Both the position numbers and the translations under genes were made by a program. From Bdellovibrio sp. (lineage in GTDB: Bacteria > Bdellovibrionota > Bdellovibrionia > Bdellovibrionales > Bdellovibrionaceae): a stretch of 64,000 nucleotides of DNA. Numbering within the stretch: position 1 is the first letter of the stretch; every line of letters begins with the position of its first letter. The notes below the pieces were generated by a model. It was not told the DNA's origin, did no database searches, and worked only from the letters and a program-made list of their open reading frames with translations. The stretch lies in NCBI GenBank assembly GCA_036677065.1, contig JAKFBS010000004.1, positions 64,001-128,000 of the forward strand. The letters are read 5' to 3'. Shown in pieces: positions 58,880 to 64,000 of the stretch.

Positions 58880-60262
58880 ATGAAGTTTTACAAAACAGTA
58901 ATCTTGGCAATACTGGCCGTGGCTTTCTCGGGCGGAATCTATTATTTTACCGTCGTGCGTGAAGCGCAAAATGCAGAGCAGGACAGCTCTCAGATTGTTT
59001 ACTTAAAAAAAGAACAAATTAATTATCTTGAGATGCAGAACAAAAATACTAAATACGTTTTTCAAAAAAATGATAAAGGCTGGAAGATTGAAGAGCCGAT
59101 CACAGATATTGCAGACGATCAGCGTTTAGAAGATGTATTAACCCAGCTGACCAATGAAAAACAAACGGCAGTCGCGAAAGTTGGGCCCGGCATTAACTGG
59201 GCCGAGTTCGGTTTAGACACGCCAGAAGCTTTTATGGTGATCAAAAATAATCTAGGCCAATCGCAAAAAATATTCATAAGTGCTACAAAAAATTTCGAAG
59301 GTAATCATTACGCGCGTATTGATAATGTTGAAAAAATCTTGGTGGTTAGCCCGGCCTGGTTTAATTTTACGACAGAAAAATTAACTTATTTTCGCGAGAA
59401 AAGTCTTTACCGGGGCCAAATCGCAGCCATTAAAAAAATTACGGTTCGCTCATTAAATGATAATTTCAGTTTAGTCAGTGGTGATAAGGGATGGTATTCT
59501 CCGGTTTTTGAAGACTACGTCTTAGATCAAAGTAAAATTCGTTCAATGATTAAAGCCATCGCCGAAAACACCATTCAAGAATATATCAGTGAGGGTGACC
59601 CCTCAGATATGGAACGCCAGGAAAAAGGTTTAAATAAAGATTATTCTGAAGTCATTTTTGAAACTGAGAATGATCGTTGGGCCGTGGTCGTTAACTTGCA
59701 CGAAAAAGATAAAGCCCTTTATGCTTTAACAGAAAAGCCAACTTATTTAGTAAAACTTGATTTATCGCAATGGGAGCTGTTCGGAAATTTAAATTTAGAT
59801 GCCCTTCGTGATCGTAAAACTATGATGACATTCGATGTAAAGATGGTGAATCGCGTGTTTGTCAGAAGTGGCGCTAAAAGTTTACAGCTGATTAAAGAAG
59901 ATTCTAAATGGCGTCCAGAGGCTGCAGACCTTGCTGAAAAAATAAAAATTAATAATGATGATATGGCTGATTTAATCAATCAGGTGCACGATCTTGAAAT
60001 CACTTACTTTATACCTGAAGAAGAGGGTAAAGATTTTGTCGGTAACGATATGATTATTTTAAAAACCTCTGAAGATCAGCTGTTGTTTCAGGTCAACTGG
60101 GGGCCCCTGCGCAAAGATTATTTCTTAGCGCGCACCCAGACGAGTGATAACATTTTCGGCCTCAAAAAGTCATATATTGATCAGCTTCCATTAGAGAAAA
60201 TTTTAAAAGACCAGGTAGCTCAAGTCGAAGTGCAGCCTGAAAGCAAAGCGAGAAAAAAATGA
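58880..60262 (+). CDS. DUF4340-type repeat protein
   Basis: N-terminal TM, W.I.EP...AD, FGLDTP, LRDR repeats; typical position after GldG-like genes. Confidence 0.7.
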   Translation: MKFYKTVILAILAVAFSGGIYYFTVVREAQNAEQDSSQIVYLKKEQINYLEMQNKNTKYVFQKNDKGWKIEEPITDIADDQRLEDVLTQLTNEKQTAVAKVGPGINWAEFGLDTPEAFMVIKNNLGQSQKIFISATKNFEGNHYARIDNVEKILVVSPAWFNFTTEKLTYFREKSLYRGQIAAIKKITVRSLNDNFSLVSGDKGWYSPVFEDYVLDQSKIRSMIKAIAENTIQEYISEGDPSDMERQEKGLNKDYSEVIFETENDRWAVVVNLHEKDKALYALTEKPTYLVKLDLSQWELFGNLNLDALRDRKTMMTFDVKMVNRVFVRSGAKSLQLIKEDSKWRPEAADLAEKIKINNDDMADLINQVHDLEITYFIPEEEGKDFVGNDMIILKTSEDQLLFQVNWGPLRKDYFLARTQTSDNIFGLKKSYIDQLPLEKILKDQVAQVEVQPESKARKK

Positions 60263-61290
60263 TAACTATTAAATCACCAACCCGCGTAGACCTTGCCGGT
60301 GGTACTTTAGATCTTTGGCCTTTATATAATTTTGTTGATACAGCACGTACGGTAAATCTGGCCATTGATATTTGGACTAAAGTTAATTTAGAGGCGCGCG
60401 CAGATCAATCCATCGAAGTGCATTCGTTAGATTTAAAACAAAAATGGAATTTTGAAAATTACGTCCAATTTATTGAAACACTGGATCCGAAGTTACACCT
60501 CTATCAAAGTGTGATTTCAAAGTTTCATAAAAAAGCACCGGGCATCATTGAAAAAGGTTTTGCGATTTCGACGCAATCTGAAAGCCCCATCGGTGGCGGG
60601 CTTGGTGGCAGCAGTAGCTTGATCATTTCAATGATGAAGGCATTTTCGCAGCTGACAGACATTAGGTTTTCTTCAAGTCATGAAATGGTTCACTGGGCGC
60701 ATAACCTAGAAGCTGAAATTTTAAATACGCCAACCGGCACGCAAGATTATTACCCGGCAATTACGGGTGGGTTAAATTATTTAAACTATGACACGTTTGG
60801 AATCAGTCAAAGTATTACTGACCCCAAAGGTACGCCTTTGCATGATAATTTTTTATTAGTTTACACGGGCCGCAGTCATCATAGTGGTTTAAACAATTTT
60901 GAAGTTTTAAAAGCAGCTATTGCACGCGATGCGAAAGTGATGGCCGCCCTGAAAAAAATTAAGCTTATCGCCGATGATTTATGGCAAGCGATTCAAGATA
61001 ATGCCTGGGAGAAGCTTCCTAAGCTATTTCGCGAAGAATATGACGCACGTATTCAGTTAACTCCGGCATTTACCAGTCCTGAAATCGAAAGACTGCATCA
61101 AATCGGCTTATCAAACGGAGCCCTCGCTGTTAAAATATGTGGAGCCGGCGGTGGTGGATGTGTCCTGGTTTGGGTTAGTCCTGAGCATCGTCAGAAAGTG
61201 ATCAGCGCATGCGAAAACGAAAAGTTTCAGTGTCTAAACGCAAGGCCAGTAAGCCCGCTGGTAAATCCCTTGTCAAACAACACGCTTTAA
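60259..61290 (+). CDS. GHMP-family sugar kinase (HddA-like)
   Basis: PTRVDLAGGTLD, PIGGGLGGSSS, GTQD, KICGAGGGG. Confidence 0.85.
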   Translation: MITIKSPTRVDLAGGTLDLWPLYNFVDTARTVNLAIDIWTKVNLEARADQSIEVHSLDLKQKWNFENYVQFIETLDPKLHLYQSVISKFHKKAPGIIEKGFAISTQSESPIGGGLGGSSSLIISMMKAFSQLTDIRFSSSHEMVHWAHNLEAEILNTPTGTQDYYPAITGGLNYLNYDTFGISQSITDPKGTPLHDNFLLVYTGRSHHSGLNNFEVLKAAIARDAKVMAALKKIKLIADDLWQAIQDNAWEKLPKLFREEYDARIQLTPAFTSPEIERLHQIGLSNGALAVKICGAGGGGCVLVWVSPEHRQKVISACENEKFQCLNARPVSPLVNPLSNNTL

Positions 61291-62132
61291 CTTCTCCGGC
61301 AGCAAGTAATGTTATTCGTTTTATCGGCGTCTCTTTAGCCGGAGGCAAATCTGACAAAGCCTGCGTTGCTGTTTTAGAATATTATCCAGAAAATAAAAAA
61401 ATATTTTTATCAAGATTATTTGAAAAAATTAAATCTGACGAAACCATTTCGGGAGATTTAAAAATCCATGAATTAATTTTACAAAATGCCGACACCCTAA
61501 AGTATGTGGCGTTTGATACCCCATGGAATTTGCCAAACTGTTTACGTTGTGAATTAAAATGTCCAGGATATGAAAACTGTCATCAGCCTCATGTCGAATG
61601 GATGTGGAAGCATCAAGAAGACCGTTTAAAGAAAAAACGCCCTAAAAAATTATTCACGCCCTACACGCAGCGTGCTGTAGAAATGTATTTTTCGACAGAG
61701 CTTGAAGAAGTTTTTCACCTGCATCACGCTATGGGTGCGAACACAGCACCGTTATTAGCGCGGGCAAATTTTATTCGCAAAAGATTAACGGTAGATTGCA
61801 TCGAAGCTTTTCCAAAACTTACGTTATGGCGTATGGGTAAAGCCTTAAACATGATGAAGTCACAAATCAGTGATCACCGCGCAGCTTTTGGCGGCGATGA
61901 AGCACGGGCTCAGTTTATTCAGGCGCTCAATGACAACAATATAGCTTTTATTTACCACCAAGATGCAAAGCACATGGTTGAAAACAATCATGCCTTTGAA
62001 GCATTTATGTGTGGAATGACTGCATTTTTAAAATTTAAAAATTTAACCGAAAAAAGACCGAAAGGTTTTCCAGCAGAAGAAGATTGGATCGATTTTCCGA
62101 TTGATGGTTTAAAGATTAAGGATTTCGCATGA
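61209..62132 (+). CDS. DUF429-like putative RNase H-fold protein
   Basis: FIGVSLAG, AFDTPWNLP, IEAFP, AFEAFMC, WIDFP; Cys cluster CLRC..KC..Y..C. Confidence 0.55.
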   Translation: MRKRKVSVSKRKASKPAGKSLVKQHALTSPAASNVIRFIGVSLAGGKSDKACVAVLEYYPENKKIFLSRLFEKIKSDETISGDLKIHELILQNADTLKYVAFDTPWNLPNCLRCELKCPGYENCHQPHVEWMWKHQEDRLKKKRPKKLFTPYTQRAVEMYFSTELEEVFHLHHAMGANTAPLLARANFIRKRLTVDCIEAFPKLTLWRMGKALNMMKSQISDHRAAFGGDEARAQFIQALNDNNIAFIYHQDAKHMVENNHAFEAFMCGMTAFLKFKNLTEKRPKGFPAEEDWIDFPIDGLKIKDFA

Positions 62133-63529
62133 TTATTCAAACCCACATTTTACAAAAAGCTTTAGACGCAGCTCTTTCTACAGGAGCAGACTTTGCTGAT
62201 ATCTTTGTTGAAGACACTTATTCATCAAATTTAACGGTGATGAATTCTAGGCCCGATAAGGCGATCGTTGGTCAGCTTTACGGCGCAGGCATTCGCGTGG
62301 TGTTCGGCACAGAAGTGGTTTATGTCACCACCAGCGATCTTTCAGAAAAAGGCTTAGTGCGCGCAGCGATGATTGCAGCGAACAGCCAAACTGGCGACAC
62401 TTCAAAAATTATCAAACCGATTCATTTAAATAATCCAAATCAGTTCGATTCAATTCATACCTTCGGCGACAAACCGTGGGAAATCAACCGTGACAAAAAA
62501 ATGTCTTGGCTCAATTCGGCAGATCAACACGCACGCAGCCTAAGTACACATGTCACACAAGTGGAGGCAGGTCTAAATGAAAAATTCCAAAAAGTACAAA
62601 TCGTTAATTCTCGTGGCGTTTCAGTATATGATGAGCGCGCTTATTCACGCTTTAATGTTGAAACTTTCGTTGAAACTAACGGTACTAAAGAAAGTTCTGG
62701 GGAAAACCATGGCCATATGGGCACTTCAGAAATTTTTGATCACTTTGATCTCAAAGCGATGACCAAAGACACTGTTGATCGCGCGCTCTTATTAACCAAA
62801 TCAGGTTTTGCACCGGCTGGCGAAATGCCAGTGGTGTTAGCGAATGGCTTCGGCGGGGTCATCTTGCACGAAGCTTGCGGTCACGGTTTAGAAACAACAT
62901 CCGTGCAAACTGGTGATTCTGTGTTTGCTGATAAACTTGGAAAGAAAATTGGTAATGAATGTTTAACAGCCATAGATGATGGCACCATTAAAAATGAATG
63001 GGGTTCATTAAATTTTGATGACGAAGGAATGCCTACGAAAAAAACGACACTGATTGAAAACGGCGTTGTGAAGTCATTCTTAGTCGATCAGGTTGGCGCT
63101 TTGAAAACTGGTTTTGAAGCCACCGGCAGCGGCCGTAAGCAGTCTTACAAATTTGCTCCGGCTTCACGTATGCGAAATACGTTCATCGCTCCCGGAAAAG
63201 ATAAGTTCGAAGATATGATCAAAGATATTGATTATGGTTTATTCGCTAAACGCATGGGTGGGGGATCAGTAAACACCAGTACGGGTGATTACAACTTTCA
63301 GGTGCGCGAAGCTTATGTGATCAGAAAAGGCCGCATCGAAGAATCAGTTAAAGGCGCATGCCTTATCGGGCGCGGAATTGAAACTTTAGGTAAAATCACT
63401 AAAGTTGGCAGTGAAATGAAATTGGCTACCGGAATGTGCGGCTCTGTCAGCGGCAGTATCCCAGCCGGTGTAGGTCAGCCTGAAGTCTTAGTTTCAAGTT
63501 TAATGGTTGGCGGAAAGGCCGGTAAATAA
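62129..63529 (+). CDS. tldD: TldD metalloprotease
   Basis: GADFADIF, GAGIR, LHEACGHGLE, DDEG, SRMRNT, CGS.SG. Confidence 0.92.
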   Translation: MIIQTHILQKALDAALSTGADFADIFVEDTYSSNLTVMNSRPDKAIVGQLYGAGIRVVFGTEVVYVTTSDLSEKGLVRAAMIAANSQTGDTSKIIKPIHLNNPNQFDSIHTFGDKPWEINRDKKMSWLNSADQHARSLSTHVTQVEAGLNEKFQKVQIVNSRGVSVYDERAYSRFNVETFVETNGTKESSGENHGHMGTSEIFDHFDLKAMTKDTVDRALLLTKSGFAPAGEMPVVLANGFGGVILHEACGHGLETTSVQTGDSVFADKLGKKIGNECLTAIDDGTIKNEWGSLNFDDEGMPTKKTTLIENGVVKSFLVDQVGALKTGFEATGSGRKQSYKFAPASRMRNTFIAPGKDKFEDMIKDIDYGLFAKRMGGGSVNTSTGDYNFQVREAYVIRKGRIEESVKGACLIGRGIETLGKITKVGSEMKLATGMCGSVSGSIPAGVGQPEVLVSSLMVGGKAGK

Positions 63530-63530
63530 G

Positions 63531-64000
63531 ATGGATCAAATTAAAGATAACTTTTTAAAAATTCAAAAATTGGCCGAAGATAAAAAAGCTCAGGTTGAAT
63601 TACTGTATTCAGAATCTGAAAAATTAAATTTAGGTTATAAACAAAAAAAATTAGATAAATTTGAATCCATTCAAAGTCAGATTGCCGGCCTGCGTGTGAT
63701 CATTGGTTCATCACAAGGTTATGCTTATACAGAAAACTTATCTGAAGCTTCATTATTAAATACCTTTAACGAAGCCTATAATAATGCTCAGGCAAATTCG
63801 CAAACGGCTGATAAGAATAATAAGCCACTTAATTTAGTAAAACCGACTTCACTTAAAATCACAGACCCAAAATTTAGCGAAATCCCGATCGCTGAAAAAA
63901 AAGCTGTGGCTGAAAAGTTAGAGTCTCAGTGTTTAAGCCAAGATAAAATTCAATCTGTCCCGTGGGCAGGCTTTTCTGAGAGCCAAGGCGCGGTTCGTGT
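63531..64000 (+). CDS. TldE/PmbA family protein, 3'-truncated by window edge
   Basis: ATG 1 nt after the tldD stop; MDQIKDNF...AGLRVIIGSSQGYAYTE, open to the window end. Confidence 0.8.
   Translation, partial: MDQIKDNFLKIQKLAEDKKAQVELLYSESEKLNLGYKQKKLDKFESIQSQIAGLRVIIGSSQGYAYTENLSEASLLNTFNEAYNNAQANSQTADKNNKPLNLVKPTSLKITDPKFSEIPIAEKKAVAEKLESQCLSQDKIQSVPWAGFSESQGAVR

Noticed and set aside
435..62762. Short ORFs antisense or overlapping to long genes (e.g. 1561-1830, 13201-13575, 29927-30373, 49509-49934, 53217-53534)
   Set aside because: They are shadows of well-supported genes, with no motifs or translation signals.
62129..64000. TldD/E plus ABC transporter as a RiPP biosynthetic cluster
   Set aside because: No precursor peptide or YcaO/radical-SAM modifying enzyme is visible, and TldD/E are widespread housekeeping proteases.
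1..64000. tRNA, rRNA or tmRNA genes
   Set aside because: I saw no cloverleaf or T-loop signature or rRNA-like stretch in the intergenic gaps by eye; tRNAscan-SE/Infernal would be needed to exclude them formally.

Overview
This is 64 kb of bacterial chromosome, most consistent with a predatory Bdellovibrionota (Bdellovibrio/Pseudobdellovibrio-like) genome. That call is inferred from a mosaic fibre protein with ALGYTP/GNVGIGT repeats, a 14-repeat RCC1 protein, a stand-alone spdEFG1-type fusA and FliA-type promoters. Most of the window is core or housekeeping genes: a Lol-like ABC module, topA, a Prc-type protease, htpX, 2-oxoacid dehydrogenase E1 alpha/beta, folB-folKP-folC, pepF, pyrE, fusA, recQ-aat, ppk1/ppx/phoU-phoB-phoR, an RsmB-type methylase, NFACT, a Gld-like ABC, and tldD/tldE. 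I saw no rRNA, tRNA, CRISPR array or transposase. The most unusual signal is a 36-bp sequence present as a 35/36 inverted pair (50206-50241 and 50888-50923) that encloses a single AT-rich TPR-like gene with its own promoter. A third, degenerate copy (13629-13664) sits beside another accessory kinase/GNAT pair. Together these suggest a non-autonomous, cargo-carrying mobile cassette family. Other notable signals are many apparently leaderless sigma70 and sigma28 promoters, a recurring GTYT-N7-ARAC operator-like motif, three genes broken by internal deletions, a cupredoxin-like protein lacking copper ligands, and a large di-haem protein. All product calls come from motif recognition by eye; no database searches were run.
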